Shown here: one piece after another, positions 49,801-58,864 of the stretch
How the letters are laid out: each line of letters begins with the position of its first letter
Numbering within the stretch: the stretch's first letter is position 1
Source: Vampirovibrionaceae bacterium NZW_1234
Lineage (GTDB): Bacteria; Cyanobacteriota; Vampirovibrionia; Vampirovibrionales; JAGQHJ01
Reading direction: 5' to 3'
Assembly: GCA_041697335.1 (NCBI GenBank)
Contig: JBGUGD010000012.1
Coordinates: 1-64,000 of the forward strand
Length of the DNA: 64,000 bases
Notes under the pieces: model-generated
What the model was told of the DNA's origin: nothing
Database searches by the model: none
What the model saw: the letters and a program-made list of their open reading frames with translations, nothing else
Translations under genes and position numbers: made by a program

Positions 49801-50491
49801 AATTATTGTTGGCTTTGCGACGACCAATGCCCATAAGCTGCGGGAAACGGAGCAATGTTTTCAGCAACTGGATCCCTCGATTACAGTTATGCCTTTAACA
49901 CCCCTTGAGGATGTCGCGGAAACGGGCAGTAGCTTTGAGGAAAATGCACTGATTAAAGTTCATGCTTCTCTCAGCGAACCTCTCCCTGCAGAGGTCACCC
50001 ATGTCATGGCTGAAGATGCCGGGTTAATTGTTGATGCCTTGTCAGGTTATCTGGGATTTTCGCCGTTCCCAGGGATTTATTCCCATCGCTGGTTTTCGCA
50101 AGAAGTTCAGCAGTCTCTGTATGACAGGACGTTTGAGTCTGTTACGTATGAGCAGATTAATGATGCCTTGCTAAAACTCCTGACGGATAAAGAGAATCGT
50201 TCGGCTCGTTACGAAGCCTGTGTTGCTTGTTGGGAGCGAGCCAGTGGAGCTATTTCTTGCTTCACTGGTACAGTGCCTCTGAGTGTCGCTTATGCTTCAT
50301 CGGGTGAGGGTGGGTTTGGCTATGATCCGATTATGATTCCCGTGACCTATGATCCGAATCGCACCATGGCTCAGTTACGCTCAGAAGAGAAAAATGCCAT
50401 CAGCCATCGATACCAGGCGTTGCAGCAACTGGCGGCGTGGCTGTCGGCTGGTGAGTCCAAGGCAGCGGCACCAGCCAGTGGTTGTTCCTGA
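49787..50491 (+). CDS. rdgB: Non-canonical purine NTP pyrophosphatase (RdgB/HAM1)
   Basis: ATTNAHKLRE, ETG.SFEENA..K, EDAGL, GFGYDP, KNAISHR. Confidence 0.9.
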   Translation: MGFPKIIVGFATTNAHKLRETEQCFQQLDPSITVMPLTPLEDVAETGSSFEENALIKVHASLSEPLPAEVTHVMAEDAGLIVDALSGYLGFSPFPGIYSHRWFSQEVQQSLYDRTFESVTYEQINDALLKLLTDKENRSARYEACVACWERASGAISCFTGTVPLSVAYASSGEGGFGYDPIMIPVTYDPNRTMAQLRSEEKNAISHRYQALQQLAAWLSAGESKAAAPASGCS

Positions 50492-50873
50492 CGATTCGGC
50501 CATTTTCCACATGATAGCGTGTAAAATTGGTCAGAGACTCAATCTTTAGCGTACCATCCTGTTGAATTTTAAACATGGCCTGGCGGGGCGAGTGGGTCAG
50601 CGAAAGTCTGAAATTCCGGTCCACCTGGGCTCCTTTGGGGAAAGACACTTTGGCGGCATTGATGATGTTGTCCGGGTAAATTTGACTGGCGGGGAGATTC
50701 AGCATAGCCATCCCGCGAGATAAGGCGCTCTGTAAGCTGACTTGGACCTGTTCGACTGCTTTGGCATCTCGGGTTTCCTGCATGCCCATTAAGAAAAGTC
50801 CCAAATACGCCAACAACAAACCCAAAACAACCAGCACGCCAATACGCTGTGCTAAAGACCCATATGTCCCCAT
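50400..50873 (-). CDS. Hypothetical protein with N-terminal TM helix
   Basis: 157-aa ORF; hydrophobic N-terminus. Confidence 0.6.
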   Translation of the reverse strand: MGTYGSLAQRIGVLVVLGLLLAYLGLFLMGMQETRDAKAVEQVQVSLQSALSRGMAMLNLPASQIYPDNIINAAKVSFPKGAQVDRNFRLSLTHSPRQAMFKIQQDGTLKIESLTNFTRYHVENGRIVRNNHWLVPLPWTHQPTATPPVAATPGIDG

Positions 50874-51205
50874 TGGCGGTATTCACCCTTTCCATTCAAC
50901 TGTGACGTACGTGCCCAAAGATGCCTGGGTCCGTGCAATACGGATGCAACATCCTCTTCTCTTATACCGATTATTGTAGCAAAAATCCACTTTTACGGGT
51001 GGTGATGATTAGGGTGATTCCTCCGTATCGGGATGGATTGCGGTTAAAGTTTTGCCACGATTTGTCGAAGTGTTTCATGACGATCTGGTGATGAACCAGG
51101 TTGTTGATATCCCCACCTATCGTTACTCCACACGTTGATGACGCATTCAGGGCGATGGCTCTGGAGGCACGTTGGCCCAAGCTGAAATAGTGATATTATC
51201 GAATT

Positions 51206-52072
51206 ATGGCTGTCACTATCGATCAAATCCTCACCAAAATGGATAACATGCCCGAGCCTCCCAAGGCTTCGGTTCAGGCTGTCAACATGCTGGAAGATCC
51301 CAATGTGCCCATCTCTAAGGTGGCCGAATTCATCAGCATGGACGAGTGTTTGACTGCTAAATTGCTGAAGTTGAGTAATTCAGCGTTTTATGGCTATTCC
51401 GGAAAAGTAACCACCATCAAGGAAGCCTTGATGCGCATTGGAACCAATACAGTGAAGTGTTCGCTGTATGCCTCCATGCTTGAGTTGGCTGGGTTTCGCT
51501 CCGATCCGTTTTTTATCGAGATGTGGAAATCGGCGCTTTTTACGGCTTTCGTCTCGAAAGATGTCGGCCAGCGGCTGAACCACCCCAGAGTGGACCTTTG
51601 CTTTACAGGCGGATTGATGTGCGATATCGGCCAGTTGTTGATGAACGAGTTTGCACCGCAGGTCTATGGCAATCTGGTTTCTCAGGTCCGAAAGGGTGGC
51701 TATGATCTCGTGCAGGCTGAAAATCAGGTTTTTGGTTTTACTCATGTTCAGGTGGGTTATAAGATGGCGGATACCTGGAAACTACCCGTTGTGTATCAAA
51801 ATGTGATTCGCTTTCACCATGATCCGATGGCAAGTGTGAACCGGGTATTACCGGACGATTATAAATTGATTGTGGCCATTCACGTGGCCAATAATCTGTC
51901 GCCCTTGTTTGGCGAGCAAAATGGCAAGTACATCAATATGGATGCCATTCAAAAAGCGGGCTTAAGCCTTTCGAAAGAGGTTATCGTCAATAGCTTGTCT
52001 GGAAAATTTGATTTGTATTACCGGGATATCAATAATATTACCAACGCAATGTTTGGTTTAACCAACGCGTAG
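51206..52072 (+). CDS. HDOD-domain protein
   Basis: LLKLSNSAFYG...TIKEA..RIG, DIG.L, E...FGFTH..VG..MA..WKLP....VIRFHH. Confidence 0.9.
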   Translation: MAVTIDQILTKMDNMPEPPKASVQAVNMLEDPNVPISKVAEFISMDECLTAKLLKLSNSAFYGYSGKVTTIKEALMRIGTNTVKCSLYASMLELAGFRSDPFFIEMWKSALFTAFVSKDVGQRLNHPRVDLCFTGGLMCDIGQLLMNEFAPQVYGNLVSQVRKGGYDLVQAENQVFGFTHVQVGYKMADTWKLPVVYQNVIRFHHDPMASVNRVLPDDYKLIVAIHVANNLSPLFGEQNGKYINMDAIQKAGLSLSKEVIVNSLSGKFDLYYRDINNITNAMFGLTNA

Positions 52073-52241
52073 TGTTTTTTCGCACATGGGTCTCTTCTAG
52101 CGCGGACACGGTTATTATTAAATTTGTAGCAATATTTTGCTTAAGCTGGTTTTTATGCTGATAACCAGGAATTGTGTTTGTTGTAGGCTATGACTGAGCC
52201 GTTTGGCTGGATGTCAATACGGAAAGAGAGTGTGGGAGTGT

Positions 52242-53150
52242 ATGAGACCGGAATTATTGCATTCGAAGGAGCGGTCTGAAGGACTGCAAGCCGGAGGGGA
52301 GCCTAAAGGGCTACACCCGAAAGCGCCAGTGGCACAACCTAAGGAACTGGTGTTATTGCAGGGGCCGCAAAATCAACCTCACGCGATACCGGTATTTAAG
52401 CCCGTAAATGGATGGGGTCTTGTGGAAGGCCCAGTTATAGGCCGTCCTGGAATTCCGGCAAGCCCAATGAAACGGGTAGACTTGGATGTGTGTGAGATTA
52501 ATCAAGGAGATACCAATGGGTGTGGCACGACGTCATTAGCCATGTCGTTAAATTGTCTTTCCAATCGGTGTGGCCGAGGCACTCCCTATACTCGAGAACA
52601 ATTGGATTTTAATAACAGGGAGTTGGATTGTTTTAGCTCTCCACTCATGCTGTGTCGTGAGGCGCGTCGGCGTGGGTACCATGCTGAAGCCTATAACAAT
52701 ATGTCTTTTGACGAAGTTCGATACCATCTGGATCGCAATCATCCGGTGATGGCTTTGATTCAGGCGGGTGAAAACTCCCTGCATTATGTGGTCATTCGGG
52801 GCTATGAAGTTGATCCGGCCCATCCCAATGACCTGAGCCGAGCCCGCTACCATATCAGCGATCCTGCTACGGGAAGCAGTCGTTGGCAGTCGGTTGATTC
52901 GTTCCATCAGGAATGGCAAAATCTTCGTTTCAGAGGCTATAACACGCATTTGAATCAGTTTGGGATTGTCCTCTCGGATAAGCCGGATTTGCCGCCCAGC
53001 CGTAGTATTCCTTGGACTGTTTATGCTGCTGATATTGTCAACCGGCTTGTCAATGTCGCCGGGCGAATCAAGCGTGGGTTTGAACAGGTAAAAAATGTGG
53101 CGGTCTCCGTCGCCAAGCGGATTGGTCGATTCTTTCGTTCGCTTTTCTGA
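52242..53150 (+). CDS. C39-like cysteine peptidase
   Basis: QGDTNGCGTTSLAM, LHYVVIRGY, SDPA (Cys-His-Asp). Confidence 0.8.
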   Translation: MRPELLHSKERSEGLQAGGEPKGLHPKAPVAQPKELVLLQGPQNQPHAIPVFKPVNGWGLVEGPVIGRPGIPASPMKRVDLDVCEINQGDTNGCGTTSLAMSLNCLSNRCGRGTPYTREQLDFNNRELDCFSSPLMLCREARRRGYHAEAYNNMSFDEVRYHLDRNHPVMALIQAGENSLHYVVIRGYEVDPAHPNDLSRARYHISDPATGSSRWQSVDSFHQEWQNLRFRGYNTHLNQFGIVLSDKPDLPPSRSIPWTVYAADIVNRLVNVAGRIKRGFEQVKNVAVSVAKRIGRFFRSLF

Positions 53151-53260
53151 CCCAAAGTCATTGATGCTTGGAAAGAGGGGAAGCGTCCTAACGGACGAAT
53201 GAGGTTGGCTTTAGGAATAACCCTCGAAGTTCTCAGCGCTTTCCGTTAAGATATTGCGTT

Positions 53261-55651
53261 ATGAACGTCTTTTTATCCAAGTTGTCCTTTACACCCGATG
53301 ACTTTCAGCTACAGGCGATGGAGGCTATTGCTGAGGGCCATAGCGTTGTGGTCTGCTCACCTACAGGGAGTGGTAAGACGTTAATTGCTGAATTCGCTGC
53401 TCATGAAGCTGTGGAAGGTGGGCGAAAGATATTCTATACGACGCCGCTCAAAGCCCTGAGCAACCAGAAGTTTCAAGATTTTAAAAAAACGTATGGGGAG
53501 GCTACGGTTGGGCTTTTGACCGGGGATACATCCATTAACCGCGAGGCCCAGATTGTTGTGATGACCACGGAAGTGTTTCGCAACATGCTCTATGGGATTC
53601 AGGAAGACAGTCGCCTGTTACGTCAGGTAAGCTGTGTGGTCTTGGATGAATGCCACTTTATGAATGATGCTGAGCGGGGCACGGTATGGGAAGAAAGTAT
53701 TATTTATTGCCCCGATACCATTCAAATCATTGCTCTGAGCGCCACGGTAGCGAACGCGCTAGAGCTGACAGACTGGATTAATGAAGTTCATCATAATACC
53801 GTTTTGGTTTCCAGTGATTTTCGTCCGGTGCCTTTACGTCACTTCTACTTCAACCGAGAAGAGCTGATGCCGCTGTATAAAACCGGCACCAACCAGTTGA
53901 ATTCGAAGTTGAAATTTGATAATCGGGGCAAGAAGCTGGCAAAAAACATACGGGCCTTTGATCCGAATAAGTTGATTCTGGAGTTGGATCGGCGGGATAT
54001 GCTGCCAGCTATCTTTTTCACCTTTAGTCGCAAGGGCTGCGATAAAAATCTCTTTGAGACCCGAAACATCTCCTTGCTGACACCCGATGAAAAGCGACGT
54101 TTGTCTGAAGAGATTGATGCGTATGTAAAGACTCACCCCTTTTTAGAGGGCAATCGGCATCTTCGGCCCATGTATAACGGCTTTGCTAGCCACCATGCGG
54201 GCCTGTTGCCAGCGCTGAAGGGTCTGGTTGAGGCATTATTTCAAAAAGGCTTGATTAAAGTCGTCTTTGCCACCGAGACGCTTGCTGCTGGTATTAATAT
54301 GCCCGCTCGTACGACGGTGATTACCTCTATTTCCAAACGCACAAACGATGGACACCGCCTTTTAACGGCAAGTGAGTTTCTGCAAATGTCGGGCCGTGCC
54401 GGTCGGCGCGGTATGGATGACGTGGGCTATGTCGTGACGGTCAGCTCCCCCTATGAAAGTGCCTATGATGTTGCTTTATTGGCGAGCAGCCCTCCAGACC
54501 CCCTGAACAGTCGGTTCACGCCTACCTATGGGATGGTTTTAAACCTGTTGCAAAAGCATACCCTGGAGGAGGCCGAGTTTCTGATTTCTAAGAGCTTTGG
54601 TGCATTCACGTCGGAGCGCTGTTTGGAGCCCTTGCGGAAAGATATCGAGGCAACCACGATGGAACTTCAGGGAGCGCTATCGTTTGAATGTCCCTATGGG
54701 TTGGTGGATAAAGACTTTCATAGCTATATGCGCTCCAAGGAGATGCTCAAAGAGACGCATAAAATTATCAAAATCTACAAATCTCAGCTCAAACGCCATG
54801 GCAATAGTGCGGACTTGCGTGCTGCGCTTACCAAAGAAGAGGGAAAACGTGATTCGCTGGTCAAAACGGTTCATGGGCTCCCTTGTTACACGTGTGATAT
54901 TTATAACGAGCATACTCGCCTGGAAGATAAGGTCTATCGCTACCAGCGCAAACTGAAACAGTTGAATCGAGAATTCGAGGCCAGACACAATATCTATTGG
55001 CGCCAGTTTTCCAACCATTACAACCTGTTGAAGGAAGTTGGCTTCTTGGATGAGAAAGACATGCCGACGCCCGAAGGGAAAATGACGGCCCAGATCCGGG
55101 CGGAAAACGAATTTTACATGACTCAGATTGTCTTAAATGGCCTGTTCTCAGATTTGACACCCCCTCAGTTGGCTGCAATGGTCTGTAGTGTGGTCAACGA
55201 TTCAACCCGGGACAATCAGTATTCCAGGCTTTTTGTTTCTTCTGAGGTTCGCTCCCGACTGACGGATGTCCAAAAATTGATCAAGCAGATCCACCAGCTT
55301 CAAAAGAAACATGAGATTGATACGCCCATGAATATGAATCCTGTGGCCTCAGGGCTGGTTGAAGCCTGGGCGGACGGGGCGCAGTGGGGCCATTTGATTG
55401 GCTCGACCAATATTGATGAGGGAGATCTGGTCCGCATTGTGCGTCGAACAGCTGATATTCTGCGCCAGCTCTGTCGTTTAGATGGCATTGACTCAGTATT
55501 GGCTGATACGGCCCATTTGGCCTTAAAAGGTCTTTACCGGGATCCGATTCGTGAGGAAGCATTGGAGCCGGAAGAGGAGCCGCCAACACAACTCTTTGCC
55601 GATGAACCGGAGGAATTGGCCGAAGAGCCAGTGCCGGTTGAAGAGTCGTAA
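53261..55651 (+). CDS. Ski2/HelY-like DExH RNA helicase
   Basis: PTGSGKT, PLKALSNQK, DECH, LSAT, HHAGL, ATETLAAGINMPA, QMSGRAGRRG, DEGDLVR. Confidence 0.93.
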   Translation: MNVFLSKLSFTPDDFQLQAMEAIAEGHSVVVCSPTGSGKTLIAEFAAHEAVEGGRKIFYTTPLKALSNQKFQDFKKTYGEATVGLLTGDTSINREAQIVVMTTEVFRNMLYGIQEDSRLLRQVSCVVLDECHFMNDAERGTVWEESIIYCPDTIQIIALSATVANALELTDWINEVHHNTVLVSSDFRPVPLRHFYFNREELMPLYKTGTNQLNSKLKFDNRGKKLAKNIRAFDPNKLILELDRRDMLPAIFFTFSRKGCDKNLFETRNISLLTPDEKRRLSEEIDAYVKTHPFLEGNRHLRPMYNGFASHHAGLLPALKGLVEALFQKGLIKVVFATETLAAGINMPARTTVITSISKRTNDGHRLLTASEFLQMSGRAGRRGMDDVGYVVTVSSPYESAYDVALLASSPPDPLNSRFTPTYGMVLNLLQKHTLEEAEFLISKSFGAFTSERCLEPLRKDIEATTMELQGALSFECPYGLVDKDFHSYMRSKEMLKETHKIIKIYKSQLKRHGNSADLRAALTKEEGKRDSLVKTVHGLPCYTCDIYNEHTRLEDKVYRYQRKLKQLNREFEARHNIYWRQFSNHYNLLKEVGFLDEKDMPTPEGKMTAQIRAENEFYMTQIVLNGLFSDLTPPQLAAMVCSVVNDSTRDNQYSRLFVSSEVRSRLTDVQKLIKQIHQLQKKHEIDTPMNMNPVASGLVEAWADGAQWGHLIGSTNIDEGDLVRIVRRTADILRQLCRLDGIDSVLADTAHLALKGLYRDPIREEALEPEEEPPTQLFADEPEELAEEPVPVEES

Positions 55652-55731
55652 CGATCTTCAGAGAGGCTTGCCTTGGAGGGCAGTCACAAGGCTATAATAG
55701 AAGATAAATGTGTTCTGAGATTTGAGCGGTC

Positions 55732-56409
55732 ATGATTGAGTTCGTCAATGCGACAAAGCGCTATGACAATTGTGTAGCCTTGCAGGATGCCAATTTTCAG
55801 ATTGAAATGGGTGAATTTGTCTTCTTTGTAGGCCCTTCCGGTGCTGGAAAGTCGACGATTATGAAGCTCATCTACCGAGAAGAACGGCTTTCTTCCGGCA
55901 AAGTGCTTGTGGGGCGGATTGATGTAGCCAAGCTTTCCAGTGGCGAGGTGCCGAAACTCCGTCGGCGCATGGGAATTGTGTTTCAAGATTTCAAGTTGCT
56001 TCCTGCACAATCGGCATTTGATAATGTTGCCTATGTCCTTCGGGCATTGGGTGTTAGCCCGACAGAGATCCGAAAGCGGGTTCTGGGTGCGCTTAAAGTG
56101 GTTGGCCTCATTGATAAGGTTGACGCAACACCCGAAGAGCTTTCTGGCGGTGAGCAGCAGCGTGTTGGCATTGCCCGGGCCATCGTGAATGGTCCTGCGA
56201 TTGTTATTGCCGATGAACCTACCGGAAACCTGGATCCGTAAAGTTCGATGGAGATTATGAACCTGTTAGAACAGATCAACCGCCGGGGCACCACTGTTTT
56301 GGTGTCGACACACAACCATCTGATTGTGAATCAAATGCGCAAGCGCGTCATTGCCCTAAGAAACGGCGACATTGTCAGTGATATTCAAGACGGAGCCTAT
56401 TATCAATGA
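55732..56409 (+). pseudogene. ftsE: Cell-division ABC ATPase FtsE interrupted by an in-frame TAA at 56239-56241 (pseudogene or sequencing error)
   Basis: GPSGAGKST, LSGGEQQR, ADEPTGNLDP*; same frame continues SSMEIMNLLEQINRRGTTVLVSTHN...YYQ to TGA 56407-56409. Confidence 0.85.
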
Positions 56410-57278
56410 CCGATGTCATGGGGTCCTTGACCACGGAATTGCGGATAACGGGACGTATCTTTCGTGAAACCGGTTTGGGTTTGCGTCGCACCGGGTGGAT
56501 GAACTTTTTTATTGTCTTGACGATGGCCTCTATTTTAAGCATTTTCGGTGTCTTGATGGCCGTGATTATTCAGATGGGCGGTCTGGTTCGGACCATTGGT
56601 TCCGAGCTGGAGATCTCAGCCTATGTTCAAGACGGGGTCAATGCCAGAGCCATCCGGGATCAGTTGGCCGAACTACCTCATGTGAAAAAGATAACGCTGA
56701 TTTCCAAGGAAAAAGCCTGGGCCGATCTGCAAAAAGATTATCCCTTGCCTGAAATCGAAAATCCGTTACCCGATACCGTCCATTTGCAGATGACCCATGA
56801 AAAATATATCCCCGAAACCGTGGAGAAAATTCGAGGAAACCAGAATATTGCCGCCGTTCAATACCCGAAAAAGGTGCTGGATAAGATCCGAAATATTACT
56901 CGAGGGACCTCCTTTGTTGGGATTGTGGTCTCATTTTTTCTGGGGACGCTGACCCTGTTTATTATCAGCAATACCATTCACTTGTTGATACAGGGGAAAA
57001 GTCGGGAAATCGAAATCTTGCGCATGATGGGTGTGGGCAACTGGTATATTCGATTGCCCTTCTTATTGCAAGGGGCGGTGTATGGGCTTACTGGGGCCTT
57101 GGTGGCGAATATTCCCCTTTCTATTGCGGTGTATTACATCACGCAGTTTTTTAACTATCTCGGGTTCCAGTCCACCCTGATGACGGTTGACTATGTCCTG
57201 ATGATGCTGATTTTGATGGGTATCCTTGTCGGTGCGGGTGGCGCTGCTGTTGCGGTTCGAAAGTATTTGCAGGTCTAA
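56406..57278 (+). CDS. ftsX: Cell-division permease FtsX
   Basis: ENPLPD, IISNTI.L.I....EIEI.R..G....YIRLPFLLQG; ATGA overlap with ftsE. Confidence 0.92.
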   Translation: MTDVMGSLTTELRITGRIFRETGLGLRRTGWMNFFIVLTMASILSIFGVLMAVIIQMGGLVRTIGSELEISAYVQDGVNARAIRDQLAELPHVKKITLISKEKAWADLQKDYPLPEIENPLPDTVHLQMTHEKYIPETVEKIRGNQNIAAVQYPKKVLDKIRNITRGTSFVGIVVSFFLGTLTLFIISNTIHLLIQGKSREIEILRMMGVGNWYIRLPFLLQGAVYGLTGALVANIPLSIAVYYITQFFNYLGFQSTLMTVDYVLMMLILMGILVGAGGAAVAVRKYLQV

Positions 57279-57408
57279 AAACTCGATTTTCAATCATGCT
57301 GAAGGAAACAGGCTGCCTGATTGCACAAAGAGGCGGCTAACCTTAGAATGAGTCTTGTGACCTTAACGTCATGGTTGAATTGGTTTTTCTGGTCTGGAGC
57401 GATTTCTG

Positions 57409-58386
57409 GTGCCGTTGGATACAGTCTTTGTCCGGGTGGTTTTGCGAATATTCGATGGCTTGATGGCCCCAGTCACCTTTGTGGCCAGCCTCTGGTTTTT
57501 GCTTGTGCGTCGGGTTAACGTCAAGCGGATGCCCGTCAGTAAAGCTATCTTTCAATGGGTTGGGGTCTTGCCGATACGGAATCATTATTATGACCCCTTG
57601 TTTAAGTTTAACCATCTGCAAAAATCTTTAAGCGACGATCGCCATCTGCCTGGAATTGACTGGAATGTGGATGAACAGCGTGCTCTGTTGGAGCAGCTTT
57701 GTTACAGTCATGAAATTGCAGATCTCACCCGAGAACCTAACCATCCATTGGAATATCATTATGACAATACAATGTTCGAGTATGGTGACGCCGATTTTCT
57801 CTATAATGCCATCCGGCATTTTAAACCCCAGCGACTCATTGAGATTGGATGCGGATACTCGACGCGAATTGCTGTGAAAGCCCTACAGATGAACCAGCAG
57901 GACGCTCCAGGGACTCACGTCAGACATGTGTGTATTGAGCCTTATGAAAATCAATGGTTAGAACAGTTGCCGATTGAAATTATTCGTACACCAGTTGAGA
58001 AACTTGATTTGGCTTTTTTTGAGCAACTTGAGGCCAATGATATTTTGTTCATTGATTCGTCCCACATGATTCGGCCTCAGGGCGATGTGTTGTTTGAGTA
58101 TCTTGAGGTTTTACCGACCCTGAAATCAGGTGTTATTGTTCATGTGCATGATATTTTTTCTCCCAAGGATTATCCGAAAGAATGGGTGATGGACTCGTTA
58201 TGGTTTTGGAATGAGCAATATTTGCTGGAGGCATTTCTCTCGCTAAACACGTCCTACAAGATTATTGCGGCGTTAAATTTCTTGTATCACCATTATCCCG
58301 AAGAACTGTTTGACTGTTTGCCCGGCATGAAAAAAGCGCCTGAGGGGACGCCTTATCCGGGGTCGTTCTGGCTTCAAAAATGTTGA
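57409..58386 (+). CDS. Class I SAM-dependent methyltransferase (Methyltransf_24-like)
   Basis: IEIGCGYST, CIEPY, FIDSSH, HVHDIF, WNEQY, SFW. Confidence 0.85.
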   Translation: MPLDTVFVRVVLRIFDGLMAPVTFVASLWFLLVRRVNVKRMPVSKAIFQWVGVLPIRNHYYDPLFKFNHLQKSLSDDRHLPGIDWNVDEQRALLEQLCYSHEIADLTREPNHPLEYHYDNTMFEYGDADFLYNAIRHFKPQRLIEIGCGYSTRIAVKALQMNQQDAPGTHVRHVCIEPYENQWLEQLPIEIIRTPVEKLDLAFFEQLEANDILFIDSSHMIRPQGDVLFEYLEVLPTLKSGVIVHVHDIFSPKDYPKEWVMDSLWFWNEQYLLEAFLSLNTSYKIIAALNFLYHHYPEELFDCLPGMKKAPEGTPYPGSFWLQKC

Positions 58387-58429
58387 TTATTGCTGCTGTG
58401 TCTTTCAGACGTGATGGAAAAGGGTGTGC

Positions 58430-58458
58430 AAAAAAAAACCGGCACAAGTGCCGGGTTT
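58430..58458 (-). terminator. Intrinsic terminator (strong on minus strand, possibly bidirectional)
   Basis: CCGGCA-CAAG-TGCCGG hairpin preceded on + by an A9 tract. Confidence 0.75.
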
Positions 58459-58864
58459 CTCTAAACAATGTGACTGGTCTATCGTAAGGTCCGTTGCTGG
58501 AATTAAAATAGGCGTGCAGATATCATCAGCTAACACCGTGCTGACATTCATTTCAACCCGAAGGTTGGTTTCAGAATGCCTTCCTCGAATCTGACCCATT
58601 TCAGCATAATGCTGTCATCGGTCAGCCAAGGGCAGACGATGGTGATGCGTTGATTTGCAATCCAATGTTAATTCCGGTCCCCGTCAGGATTCCAGGAGAA
58701 TCCCAGTCTTATTTAATGCCATATGTCCCTCGTCCAATTTCTGCTGTCTGTCCACTATAGAATTAATGTTTTCTTAATAATATAAAAACGGTTGTTTGGG
58801 AGTTCGTGTTAGTTTTTATCATTTTGTTAACACCTGGGTTTTCTAACCCACTGGTGGTGCGGAA

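Noticed and set aside
56239..56241. Stop-codon reassignment of TAA
   Set aside because: Many intact genes in the window end in TAA.
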